64,000 bases of DNA. Source: a virus (lineage: Duplodnaviria; Caudoviricetes). Shown here piece after piece: positions 8,636 to 18,041 of this stretch (position 1 is its first letter; the number at the start of each line of letters is the position of its first letter). Both the position numbers and the translations under genes were made by a program. The stretch covers positions 64,001 through 128,000 of IMG/VR virus record IMGVR_UViG_3300013121_000022, one strand, 5' to 3'. The notes under the pieces were generated by a model. The model was not told the origin of the DNA. It was given only the letters and a program-made list of their open reading frames with translations, and did no database searches.

Positions 8636-9645
8636 GACAATATCGGCTTGACCCGTCCACTGAAAATGCCCTTACGTGCATTAGAGAGCATTTCCAAGAA
8701 CAAGTCGGCTGTGCCGCCTTCCTGATAGTAATCTGCAAAATCAAAACCTGATTTCACCTTTGGATCATACAATGTCCGCCAATCACACAAGATTACACGT
8801 GGTAAATGTCGTTTGATGTTCATTGTCCCAAGTTGGCCGGACTCGTCGGCGTCCAACCAGCAAAAGACTTCGCTAAATCGAGACAAATGACTATTGAAAG
8901 TTGAATCCCACGATCCTTCACCACTGGTTGCAGTGACAAAAGGCAGTTTAAGTTGATGTCCAAGAATAGTGTCTTTTTCTCCGCCTTTGATCACCACAAA
9001 TGGACTGTCTGATTTGACAAAGTGAATTCCATACAGATAATTGTGAGCACCGTCTTTATAATGCCATGTCTTGATTTCACCACGTGCGGCTTTAGGGCGA
9101 TACAATTTCAGATCAACAATAGTGTCATGGCGCAACGGATGTTGGATCGGAATTGAAAACACACCTTCACCAAACTTGCCAATCTTGTGACCGACAGCTG
9201 TCTCACGCTCGATTCCGGTCTTGGCAAGTAATTCGTCATAATCCGTATCCAGCATAGCATTGTGGAAAGCGTCTGGTTCATACGAATACTTGGGCGGATC
9301 GGGCGGAACAACATACGACTGACGATGAACAACATGCAAAGAATCAAACCCATGTTGCAAATGTGTGCAGGCAGTAATAAAATCCATGCCCTGAGTTTTC
9401 ATGACAAAAGAAATAATGTCACCTTGCTCAAGACAACCCCGACATAAATAACCATCCTTGTAAATCAGCATGGAGGGTTTGTGATCGCTGTGAAAGACAC
9501 ACAGATCAACCGAGTATGTCGGATAGTTGCGCCTCTTGACTTTTGGATACAAGTCTCGGAGATCGTAAGTCTCTTTGATGTACGCTTTTATTTCCGGTAT
9601 TGAATTGTAATCAAACGTATCGGCGTTACTGGTTTGGGTTTTCAT
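8632..9645 (-). CDS. dnaG: DNA primase (CHC2 zinc finger + TOPRIM)
   Basis: CVFHSDHKPS...CRGC...GD; GGEKD; WLDADESG; likely start MKTQ at 9645. Confidence 0.9.
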   Translation of the reverse strand: MKTQTSNADTFDYNSIPEIKAYIKETYDLRDLYPKVKRRNYPTYSVDLCVFHSDHKPSMLIYKDGYLCRGCLEQGDIISFVMKTQGMDFITACTHLQHGFDSLHVVHRQSYVVPPDPPKYSYEPDAFHNAMLDTDYDELLAKTGIERETAVGHKIGKFGEGVFSIPIQHPLRHDTIVDLKLYRPKAARGEIKTWHYKDGAHNYLYGIHFVKSDSPFVVIKGGEKDTILGHQLKLPFVTATSGEGSWDSTFNSHLSRFSEVFCWLDADESGQLGTMNIKRHLPRVILCDWRTLYDPKVKSGFDFADYYQEGGTADLFLEMLSNARKGIFSGRVKPILS

Positions 9646-10963
9646 ATAACAATCCACACGCTGGCACAATGTTGGTTTCGACTTTGAAATATGGACGACT
9701 TCGAGCGTACTTATATTCGAGTTGCAGGATCGATGGTGTCTCTTGCTGATTGTATTCCGTTCCGACAACCATTGATGCGCGACCTTCCGCACCACCACCA
9801 CCACGTAGCTTACCGTCACGCGAATATTGACTGATCGCAATTGTCAGAATCCCATATCGAGAGACAAGATTATCAACGGGCGGCACAACTCGATTCATCA
9901 CATCATAATCGCTTTCACCAGAAATCCGCCAACCTTGAAAGTTATCAATAATAACTTGCTCAACACCGTTGAACTCGATGTCTGCCGCAACCTTTGCCAT
10001 AACACCTTGAAACTCCAAAGAGTCTCCGTCATCCATTCCGGCAAAATACATGCGAATTGGAAGTGTTGTTATATATTCATAGGCGCGATCAATAATGTCG
10101 CCAATGCTTCCTGAGTAATCATTGGTCAGAACATCGTATCGCGAAAACGAAAACGGTACGAACTCACCATTATGACTTGTGCCGACTCGTTCAACAATAG
10201 CCAAACGACTGGCCTCCATTGCCCATAAGTCGCCCAATGCGTGAACACGATCTACCGAACCCTCATTGCACACCCATGCAAGCGCACCCTGATCGTGATT
10301 GCGAAGCATATTGATCATAAGGGTATTGGTGAAACTGGTCTTGCGTTGCTTTTCAAAACCAGAGACAATGACTAACTCGCCGGGGTTCTTTTGAACACCC
10401 CCGCCGAACGCAGTATCAATCGCCAAAATACCTGTGCTGATTCGGTGTCCGACCTTACCATCCTCTTTTTGTTTTTTGTATTTTTCGCCTGCGGCCTTGA
10501 TACTTGGATCGTAAGATTGACTGGTATCATGCGCTAATGCCGATACAGTTTCCTGAATGTTTCTAGCAATCTTGTCGATGTCGATCAAGTCGGCCTGAAC
10601 AACTCGCTTGACGCTGGTTGTTAGCGTATTGTGCAATTCTTTCTGCTTGGCAATTTGGCGCAAGCGTTCAACATTCTCCCAAAAAGAATTGCCTGCCTCA
10701 AACGACAGTTGATCGAAAATGGATTGCGGATTCCACTCGGTGTCCAGTAGACTCGGATTTTCGCGCAAGATATATGATGGCAAAACAACTCCATCTGTTC
10801 CAAAAGCAACACGCAAAATTTGATGTGCCTCTGAATCTGGAAAAATTTTCAAAACCTTTCCAGGAAATCGGCGGATCAATTCATTTCGTAAATGCGGCTC
10901 ATGAAGCAAAACCGACAATACGGTTTTTTCAATTTCGATTAGTGCTGAGTTATTGAAACTCAT
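9626..10963 (-). CDS. dnaB: DnaB-like replicative helicase
   Basis: STGILAID..GG...GELVIVSG; VIIDNFQ; AISQ; YARS; position between initiator and primase. Confidence 0.8.
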   Translation of the reverse strand: MSFNNSALIEIEKTVLSVLLHEPHLRNELIRRFPGKVLKIFPDSEAHQILRVAFGTDGVVLPSYILRENPSLLDTEWNPQSIFDQLSFEAGNSFWENVERLRQIAKQKELHNTLTTSVKRVVQADLIDIDKIARNIQETVSALAHDTSQSYDPSIKAAGEKYKKQKEDGKVGHRISTGILAIDTAFGGGVQKNPGELVIVSGFEKQRKTSFTNTLMINMLRNHDQGALAWVCNEGSVDRVHALGDLWAMEASRLAIVERVGTSHNGEFVPFSFSRYDVLTNDYSGSIGDIIDRAYEYITTLPIRMYFAGMDDGDSLEFQGVMAKVAADIEFNGVEQVIIDNFQGWRISGESDYDVMNRVVPPVDNLVSRYGILTIAISQYSRDGKLRGGGGAEGRASMVVGTEYNQQETPSILQLEYKYARSRPYFKVETNIVPACGLLYENPNQ

Positions 10964-12027
10964 TTCTTCACCTTGAATGCGTTAAGAGCTTCTTGTCTGG
11001 CTTTTTCTCGTGCCATATTCTCGGTTGAAATTCGCGTTGTGTCAATAGCAGGATTTGCTTTGACTTCTGGAATGTCTTTTGGTTCAAATACGCCATGACG
11101 ATCAATAGCCTTAAGAATCGAATTAACAATTCGACCTTTAGGAATTTTTGCTTTTACCGCCCAATCGATAGTTACCCTAAGTTTTGATGTGCCAATCTGT
11201 TTTTCAATATTCTCAAACTCATCACGCTGTTTTTCGGTGGCAAATTCTTTCCAGCGATAGTGGGGTGTGGGAATTTTTGCCGACTCGGTTTGAAGATATA
11301 AAGCGCCTGCCGTTCTAGGAGCAAATGTCTTGAAGCTAGCGGAAGTAAATCCGCCTCCAATCGCTGGTATCTTGAATTGAAGTTCCGCACCGCATTGACA
11401 ACAATAAGGTTGCTTCTCAAAGGACTGTCGTTCCAAGCAGTATGGACATTCAAATTGATCTTGATTTTTTGATTCAAGATAAATGACTTGAACAGGGATA
11501 ACAGAATCAACATCGGATGGTACGACGCCAGTCGAACCATTGGTTGTATTCTCTGTTTTTAATCTCTGCTTTAAGGACTTGCCGGAATCCGACATATGGG
11601 ACTTGTTGGATTCCGGCAAGTCGGAAATGCTGGATTCCGGCAAGTCGGAAATTGTCAAGTTCACGGATTTAGGGGTAAGGATTTCAATGATGTCACGTGT
11701 CAGAACATCAAGATCAACCCGATAATGGGTTTTAGGAGTTCCATACACTTTGGCTATTTTTGTGGTTACATATTTGCTGATGCATTTTAGAGCGGTTTCT
11801 AGTCCGCCTCTTGGCAAGCCCAACTCATCCTGCCAGTCTTGATCGGTTTTATAAAACCAACCATCATTGTCTTTGGTTTTATCACTCCAATAGACGCACT
11901 GACTTAAAAGTAATGCAGCTCGATGATTGTTATCAAGCAACGTCAGGTAAATACGTGGGATTGTCAGCACATTTGCCTGTCCGCTGATTGACTTGATAAG
12001 CGAGACGATTGATTTTTGATTACTCAT
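10960..12027 (-). CDS. replication initiator (lambda O-like)
   Basis: ALLLSQCVYW...DGWFYKT..W..ELGL winged-helix N-terminus; internal iterons; CxxC Zn ribbon. Confidence 0.8.
   Translation of the reverse strand: MSNQKSIVSLIKSISGQANVLTIPRIYLTLLDNNHRAALLLSQCVYWSDKTKDNDGWFYKTDQDWQDELGLPRGGLETALKCISKYVTTKIAKVYGTPKTHYRVDLDVLTRDIIEILTPKSVNLTISDLPESSISDLPESNKSHMSDSGKSLKQRLKTENTTNGSTGVVPSDVDSVIPVQVIYLESKNQDQFECPYCLERQSFEKQPYCCQCGAELQFKIPAIGGGFTSASFKTFAPRTAGALYLQTESAKIPTPHYRWKEFATEKQRDEFENIEKQIGTSKLRVTIDWAVKAKIPKGRIVNSILKAIDRHGVFEPKDIPEVKANPAIDTTRISTENMAREKARQEALNAFKVKK
11576..11652. repeat. iterons / putative replication origin
   Basis: TGGATTCCGGCAAGTCGGAAAT at 11607-11628 and 11631-11652; inverted 15-bp copy at 11576-11590. 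Confidence 0.75.
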
Positions 12028-12308
12028 TTATTCTCCCTTTTCTTGATCGGCGCAGATCGAAACTTGTCTGGCTGTAAATGCGCCATGATAGCTAATTCAT
12101 GTGAACACATATCATGTTGACAGTCTTCACATTCGTATATAAATCCATGCTTGGATACATTGGTTACTTTGACAAAATGAGATTTCCGTCCACCGGACAC
12201 AATAAAAATTCCAGATGGATCGGTGAGAACGAACGATAGTTTCCGTGAATATCGGCGTCTCTTTTTTGTTGCGGGGAGTTTATGGGAATGATGTTGTGTG
12301 GATCGCAT
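12024..12308 (-). CDS. SWIM-type Zn-finger protein
   Basis: CECEDC...CSHELA; GAGG SD. Confidence 0.7.
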   Translation of the reverse strand: MRSTQHHSHKLPATKKRRRYSRKLSFVLTDPSGIFIVSGGRKSHFVKVTNVSKHGFIYECEDCQHDMCSHELAIMAHLQPDKFRSAPIKKRENK

Positions 12309-12429
12309 ATTTCCTCAGACCAGATATAGGCTACATAAAACCTAAAGCACACTAGCAGATAAACATTATTGAGGAAATATGCTTGTGTCTTGGTAACACG
12401 AAATGCTTACCTGCTAGTGTGCTTTAGGT
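12305..12429 (-). promoter_or_regulatory. structured 5' leader (28-bp hairpin with anti-RBS loop)
   Basis: Arms 12340-12367 and 12402-12429; loop segment 12370-12382 is complementary to RBS+ATG at 12305-12317. Confidence 0.7.
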
Positions 12430-12436
12430 GACTGGC

Positions 12437-12464
12437 ATTATATGGCTAATCACCCGTTTGTCAA
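12437..12464 (-). promoter_or_regulatory. sigma70 promoter of the replication operon
   Basis: TTGACA-16 nt-TATAAT on the minus strand. Confidence 0.75.
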
Positions 12465-12562
12465 TGGATCGAAATTAAGGTCTTGTCATTTTAGATGAAA
12501 TGCTGTACACTTTTGCCTCACATACACTTTATCTGACATACAATTGATTTGAGGAAACATAC

Positions 12563-14323
12563 ATGTTACTAACTCTTGATCCTGATGAGCGTGAATTCTA
12601 TTTTGTTTTTTCGTTCAACGAAGACATCAAAAACGATCTAAAAGAATCGTTACCCGGTCGACAGTGGGAAGGTAATAGCACATGGTCAGTGCCAATTACA
12701 CCAACATCAATCCCGCTGGTGTTTGCATTTGCTGATAAGTGGGGATTCAAAATATCAGACGAAGCTAAACATGCATCGAGCATTTATGAAAATGCTGTTA
12801 CGAAACGCAAGGCCACATCTGGCGCAGTTGATGTGCCCGTTGAAATTACCATCAAGGGTATTCAGGGCGAACTCATGGGGCATCAAAAAGCGGCGGTTGC
12901 CTATGCTCGTCAAACAATCTCCAAAGGACGCGGCTTGATCATTGCGGATGAACCCGGTCTTGGCAAGACCTGCGAATCTCTGGCGATTGTGGAAGATCAA
13001 AACGCTTATCCAGTGCTTATTATTTGTCCTGCCAAACTCAAGCTCAACTGGAAAAACGAAATTGAACGCTGGCTACCCAATCGTTCTGTAATTGTAATCT
13101 CTGCTGGTAAGAAATCCAAAAAAGAAAACGACGAGTCGCTTATTACTCCTGCCGAATACATGGAACTTTGTCCGATGTCTGATTTTGTTGTAGTGAATTA
13201 TGACATTGTGCGCGATGTTGAAATCAATCCACATTCAACGTCAAACTTCGATAAGTACATTGTTCCAGAAGGAACGCTCAGTCATACACTCATCAACGCC
13301 TTCAACCCAACGTCAGTGATATTCGATGAGGGACACGTCATCTCAAACTATAAATCGGCGCAGACTCGTACCGCTAAAAAAATTGCCGCCAGACGAAAAG
13401 TTAGATTACTGTTGACTGGTACACCTGTGGTCAATAAACCTCAAGACTTGCTTTCGCAACTTACCGCCATTGGTCAATTAGAGGCGCTAGGCGGATTTAA
13501 TTTCTTTCGAGAAAAATATTGCGGTGTTACCGATTTCAATCCCAAAGGATCACCGTCGAATCTAATCGAGTTGCATGATCGACTTACCGAAACCTGTTAT
13601 ATCCGCCGAACCAAGAAAGACGTTTTGAAGTTCCTGCCCGAAAAAATGTATGCCGAAGTTGTGTTTGCCAATGACAACAAAAAAGGCTACACGATTGCGC
13701 TTGCCAATTTATTGGATGGCGGCGACCACAAACAAATGTCCAGCGGCATGACTGAGGTTGATGCCATGAAAGAACAGGCCGCACTCGGAAAGATGGATGG
13801 AGTTGTAGAGTGGGCAGAAAAGAACTTCATTGACTCCAATACCAAACTGGTTATCTTTGCATGGCACAAATCAATTCAAAAAGAATTGTTCACACGCCTT
13901 AGTGCCATAACCAGTTGCGCTCGACTGTCGGCGGACGATTCGGATGCACAGGTTGAAGCGTACAAGGAAAAGTTCAATAACGATCCGAACTGCCTGATTA
14001 TGATTGCCTCAATGAAGATGGGTTCGGTGGGACATACTATTCACGCTAATGGTCTGGCAACCAACGTAGCCTTCATGGAGTTTGGCTGGAATCCAAAAGA
14101 TCACATTCAATCCGAAGATCGTATTCACCGTATCGGGCAGACTGGACAGGTCACGGTTTGGAATTTGATTGCCGACGGAACAGTTGATAGAGACATCTTG
14201 GAATTGATTGCGGTCAAGCGAAAGATTGTCAATCAAATTGCCGATGGAAAAATCTCTAGCGATCAATCTGAGGACTTGAATATCTATCACGAACTCATGC
14301 AACGAATTGGACAAATGCGATGA
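12563..14323 (+). CDS. SNF2-family (SMARCAL1/HARP-like) helicase
   Basis: ADEPGLGKT, DEGH, LTGTP and QSEDRIHRIGQ motifs. Confidence 0.92.
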   Translation: MLLTLDPDEREFYFVFSFNEDIKNDLKESLPGRQWEGNSTWSVPITPTSIPLVFAFADKWGFKISDEAKHASSIYENAVTKRKATSGAVDVPVEITIKGIQGELMGHQKAAVAYARQTISKGRGLIIADEPGLGKTCESLAIVEDQNAYPVLIICPAKLKLNWKNEIERWLPNRSVIVISAGKKSKKENDESLITPAEYMELCPMSDFVVVNYDIVRDVEINPHSTSNFDKYIVPEGTLSHTLINAFNPTSVIFDEGHVISNYKSAQTRTAKKIAARRKVRLLLTGTPVVNKPQDLLSQLTAIGQLEALGGFNFFREKYCGVTDFNPKGSPSNLIELHDRLTETCYIRRTKKDVLKFLPEKMYAEVVFANDNKKGYTIALANLLDGGDHKQMSSGMTEVDAMKEQAALGKMDGVVEWAEKNFIDSNTKLVIFAWHKSIQKELFTRLSAITSCARLSADDSDAQVEAYKEKFNNDPNCLIMIASMKMGSVGHTIHANGLATNVAFMEFGWNPKDHIQSEDRIHRIGQTGQVTVWNLIADGTVDRDILELIAVKRKIVNQIADGKISSDQSEDLNIYHELMQRIGQMR

Positions 14324-14684
14324 CAAGACTACAACGATCTATCAATCGAGAGATCAGTCGTCTGGAGGGTTTTGTGGCGACTGGACTTCTCTCCAAGTTG
14401 ATACATGGAACGTACTGGAAGATGCAATCGAGCGGCGAGATTCGGCTAGTCTTGTTGCGAATGATTTGGTGAAACTAAACGATACTCTTGAAGTGTTTGC
14501 TGGCTTATCAAGCAGTGAAAGTCGGGAGTTAAAAGATTTGGCGCGAGAGTGGAAAAAGCGCCATACAGCCTCAAAGAAAATCTACGCCAGATCGCAAAAG
14601 GCTTTTGACGCAATCTCGAATCGTATTAGTAAAACGCTGGCACGTATCGATGAACTCAAAAAATTGGATATTCAGAAAGAATAG
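14307..14684 (+). CDS. hypothetical coiled-coil protein
   Basis: 125-aa ORF in the operon. Confidence 0.6.
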   Translation: MDKCDDKTTTIYQSRDQSSGGFCGDWTSLQVDTWNVLEDAIERRDSASLVANDLVKLNDTLEVFAGLSSSESRELKDLAREWKKRHTASKKIYARSQKAFDAISNRISKTLARIDELKKLDIQKE

Positions 14685-14689
14685 ACAAA

Positions 14690-15115
14690 ATGAATAATTT
14701 CTACATCATGAACAATCTACTCAAGTTCCTTGAAAATCACACGATGCGCGGCGATTGTTTATGCGGTCAGTGTATCGATACAGGAGATGGATCGCAACCA
14801 ATTGGACATACAGCCGACTTGATGTTTTTCAAAGTTGCCCTAAATGAAAGTGGATCATCCAAACAACAACTGAAAGACGATCTATTGGCGGCAATCAAGT
14901 CCGATTATCCTGATTTGCTGGACGGACAAGAACATTCATATATTGAAATTGGTTATTGGATTGGTGGTCAGGATTGGGCTTTGCGTTTAATGGGTGCATG
15001 TGACTTACTCGGATTGATGACTCTGTTGACTCCGCGCAAGATACTCTCCGGTGCTGACGAATCATTGCTGATGTCTGCCGCGCAATCTGGATTTATTACT
15101 GTACAGAAAAGATAA
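14690..15115 (+). CDS. hypothetical protein
   Basis: 141-aa ORF, CLCGQC motif. Confidence 0.65.
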   Translation: MNNFYIMNNLLKFLENHTMRGDCLCGQCIDTGDGSQPIGHTADLMFFKVALNESGSSKQQLKDDLLAAIKSDYPDLLDGQEHSYIEIGYWIGGQDWALRLMGACDLLGLMTLLTPRKILSGADESLLMSAAQSGFITVQKR

Positions 15116-15117
15116 TC

Positions 15118-15513
15118 ATGACTGACTACACACCGACACTAAAGCAATTTCCGTCCCTGTTACTGAGACAGCGATTCATAGATATTATCGTTGATCCGAT
15201 TTCAAAAACCGGAGTTCGATGTTTTTACATTTCCGAAGATGGCGAAGTCCGAATCATGAGTCCATTGGGATTTGAACTCAATAATCCAAAGGTAATTTCT
15301 GTAACGAACGAAGAAGCGACTCAACTTTTATCGGGTGGTTTAGCCGATCATTGCGCTCAGGCATTTACTTTTTTTGGATGGCCGCGTATACTAGACGATC
15401 TAACTGATGTCCGACAAACACTGTTGAATCACGCTTTTGTCGAAAAGGCAAATCGCTTAGAATGCTTGTCAATGTATGAATGTACAAGCAACTATGTTGC
15501 GTTTTTGATATGA
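15118..15513 (+). CDS. hypothetical protein
   Basis: 131-aa ORF. Confidence 0.6.
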   Translation: MTDYTPTLKQFPSLLLRQRFIDIIVDPISKTGVRCFYISEDGEVRIMSPLGFELNNPKVISVTNEEATQLLSGGLADHCAQAFTFFGWPRILDDLTDVRQTLLNHAFVEKANRLECLSMYECTSNYVAFLI

Positions 15514-15719
15514 ACACCGATTACTTGGGCGATCCGATGCCAGATGGTTACTCCCGATGGTTTTGTTCGGCTTGCGGAGCGGGTTGAACTTTTGAGGCCA
15601 TGAGTTGGTGTAGCCAACCCGATAATACTTGTCCGTTTGTGATCGAAAAACCGACAGTCAATTTTGAGTATTTTGCATTCATTCAAAGGATAGACGATGA
15701 ACATATTGAAACGACTTAA
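15510..15719 (+). CDS. small Cys-rich protein with in-frame TGA (candidate selenoprotein or pseudogene)
   Basis: ATG overlaps the previous stop; FCSACGAG-TGA(15585)-TFEAMSWC...; open to TAA at 15717, overlapping the next gene. Confidence 0.45.
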
Positions 15720-15996
15720 GTTTAGGTGGGACAATGGCCGCGATATATTACCCGGCGAAACTGAACCAGTTGTAATTGAAGGGCGATCAACTCGCGTGGT
15801 CTTGATGATTGACGATGGATTGGACGCCGAGAACCATATCATCCTGAGACGACTGCGGGGATTGTTGCTTGGCTATGGTTCAGGCTGGACATTTCAACAA
15901 GCGTTTGTTGACGCGGTTGTTCCGTACATTGCAGTATTATGCGCGATCTTGGTTATCATACTTTGTTTTGTATGGATGTTTTTCTATGCCTTCTAA
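15697..15996 (+). CDS. small membrane-anchored protein
   Basis: Hydrophobic C-terminal helix. Confidence 0.6.
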   Translation: MNILKRLKFRWDNGRDILPGETEPVVIEGRSTRVVLMIDDGLDAENHIILRRLRGLLLGYGSGWTFQQAFVDAVVPYIAVLCAILVIILCFVWMFFYAF

Positions 15997-16756
15997 ACCA
16001 AAAACTAATCAACCTCAAACACCAGACTCGATTCAAGTTCGCGACGATTTTCAGACGCCACTATATGCAATCACAGATGTACTCGTTCCGTTCTTGGGTT
16101 CTGTTCTGGACATGTCTCGTTCGACTAATCCATCTGAGTACGACATATGGGATGGTTGTGCTGGAAAACTTAGGCAATACCCAAAAGCATTTGCGCGAAG
16201 TGGCTACACCTGTAAGGCGACGGATTTACTTGATGGAGAGCAATACAACTTTCTAACCTATCAGCCGGACTTTGATTGGAAAATGTTTGCAAGCAATGTT
16301 CCGTTCAGCATCAAGGATTTGTTTGTCCAGAGGCTGATCAAGTATTTTGACAAGCCCTTTGGAGTTTTGATTCCAGCTGATTGGTCAAGTTGGATAATCG
16401 AGTCAATCAACGACTATGATTGTCAGTTGATTGTTCCCAATCGACGCATCAGTTACATCACGCCCAACATGTGCGATGTGGTTTTTAGAAACGAAACTCT
16501 CAAGAATTTTCTCAAGGCGCATCCTGAACTCAAAAAGCAAACGCCCAAAATCAAGTTCGCAGACCTAAGTGAAAGCGACATTCAAGCACACGCTGGAACT
16601 TTGTATCCAAACATTGAATCAATTCCCAATCCAGTTTTGTACGCCAATTCGCAAGCACAATTTCACTCAATGTACTTGACTCGAAAATTGAACTTGCCAG
16701 AACGACTAAACTTTGTCAATCTAAGCCTTGAAAGCATGAAGACCAATATTTTGTAG
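15986..16756 (+). CDS. DNA adenine methyltransferase-like protein
   Basis: FQTP, WDGCAG and SNVPFS (NPPF-like) motifs. Confidence 0.65.
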   Translation: MPSKPKTNQPQTPDSIQVRDDFQTPLYAITDVLVPFLGSVLDMSRSTNPSEYDIWDGCAGKLRQYPKAFARSGYTCKATDLLDGEQYNFLTYQPDFDWKMFASNVPFSIKDLFVQRLIKYFDKPFGVLIPADWSSWIIESINDYDCQLIVPNRRISYITPNMCDVVFRNETLKNFLKAHPELKKQTPKIKFADLSESDIQAHAGTLYPNIESIPNPVLYANSQAQFHSMYLTRKLNLPERLNFVNLSLESMKTNIL

Positions 16757-16764
16757 AGGTACAT

Positions 16765-17028
16765 ATGTCAAAAAAGAGTACAGATCAAACAACTTTATTC
16801 GATGAAACTCCTGAATGGCAGAAAGAGTGGCAAGGTATGCCTGAGTTTGTACAAGAGAAGAAAAAGGCATACGCTCAGATTATCGTCCGATTCGATTCGG
16901 AGGAATCGTTGCAAGAGTTTGCCAAACTGATCGATCAAAAACTGACTCGAAAAACCAAAAGCATCTGGCATCCGGCCAAGTCACATTGGGGCGGAGAAAA
17001 TACCAAGAAAGTATATGTCAAATCCTAA
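16765..17028 (+). CDS. hypothetical protein coupled to the GREB1/TAGT-like glycosyltransferase
   Basis: WQGMPEF...IVRF..TKSIWHP; overlaps the next gene. Confidence 0.7.
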   Translation: MSKKSTDQTTLFDETPEWQKEWQGMPEFVQEKKKAYAQIIVRFDSEESLQEFAKLIDQKLTRKTKSIWHPAKSHWGGENTKKVYVKS

Positions 17029-17866
17029 ATATCCAGTGTACATTATCTCGAAAGGTCGCTGGTCAACCCGCTTGACCAGTAAAGCCCTTGAAAAGATGAA
17101 TGTGCCATATCAGATTGTTGTCGAACCACAGGAATTTGACAACTACGCTGAACATATCAACGCAAGTAAAATTTTGGTCTTGCCATTCTCAAATCTTGGA
17201 GAGGGTTCAATTCCCGCTCGTAATTTTGTGTGGGAACATTCTCGACAGATCGGCGCAGATCGACATTGGATTTTGGACGACAACATCGAAGCTTTCAATC
17301 GACTGAATCGCAACATGAAGCCCGAAGTCAGGACGGGAGCGATCTTCAAGGCCGCAGAAGATTTCGTGGATCGATACTATAATGTGGCGCTGGCTGGATT
17401 CAACTACTATTCATTTTGCAAGACTACTGATCGAGTTCCACCGTATTATTTGAATACGCGCATCTACTCCTGTATTCTGATCAAGAACGACTTACCCTAT
17501 CGTTGGAGAGGCATATACAACGAAGATACCGATCTTTCTATTCGGGTACTGAAATTGGGTTTGTGTACCGTCCTGTTCAATGCCTTCCTTGCCGGAAAAG
17601 TAACCACCATGCGAATGAAAGGCGGAAACACCAAAGAATTGTACTCGGACGAAGATGGACGCAAAAAAATGGCCGAGTCATTGCGCGAACAACACCCTGA
17701 TGTAGTCAAGGTGGTTTGGAAGTTCAATCGCTGGCAACATCATGTTGACTATCGGCCATTCAAAAAGAACCGATTGATCCGCAAACATGGAATTGAAATT
17801 CCAAGCGGCATCAATAACTATGAAATGATCTTGAAGGAAAAGAATGAATCCCAACAAACAATGTAA
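17015..17866 (+). CDS. GREB1/TAGT-like glycosyltransferase (probable DNA-base modification)
   Basis: YPVYIISKGR, HWILDDNI, YNEDTDL and MKGGNT motifs. Confidence 0.8.
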   Translation: MSNPKYPVYIISKGRWSTRLTSKALEKMNVPYQIVVEPQEFDNYAEHINASKILVLPFSNLGEGSIPARNFVWEHSRQIGADRHWILDDNIEAFNRLNRNMKPEVRTGAIFKAAEDFVDRYYNVALAGFNYYSFCKTTDRVPPYYLNTRIYSCILIKNDLPYRWRGIYNEDTDLSIRVLKLGLCTVLFNAFLAGKVTTMRMKGGNTKELYSDEDGRKKMAESLREQHPDVVKVVWKFNRWQHHVDYRPFKKNRLIRKHGIEIPSGINNYEMILKEKNESQQTM

Positions 17867-18041
17867 AGGCAAAAAGAAATACAAAAGTTTGTCGGACGCA
17901 GAACACGCGGCTTATATGTTATGGCTACATAATCACAATATCAAAACGGGAGATGTACATGGGTATCAATGTCCAGAATGCAAAAAATACCATGTAGGTC
18001 ATGTTCCGGGCTTATACACCAAACAACTACAGGAGAAATAA
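17844..18041 (+). CDS. small Zn-finger protein
   Basis: CKGK..Y; YQCPECKKYHVGH. Confidence 0.7.
   Translation: MNPNKQCKGKKKYKSLSDAEHAAYMLWLHNHNIKTGDVHGYQCPECKKYHVGHVPGLYTKQLQEK

Noticed and set aside
15585-15587. Genome-wide UGA recoding
   Set aside because: Many well-defined genes end in TGA with ATGA overlaps, and coding density under code 11 is high.
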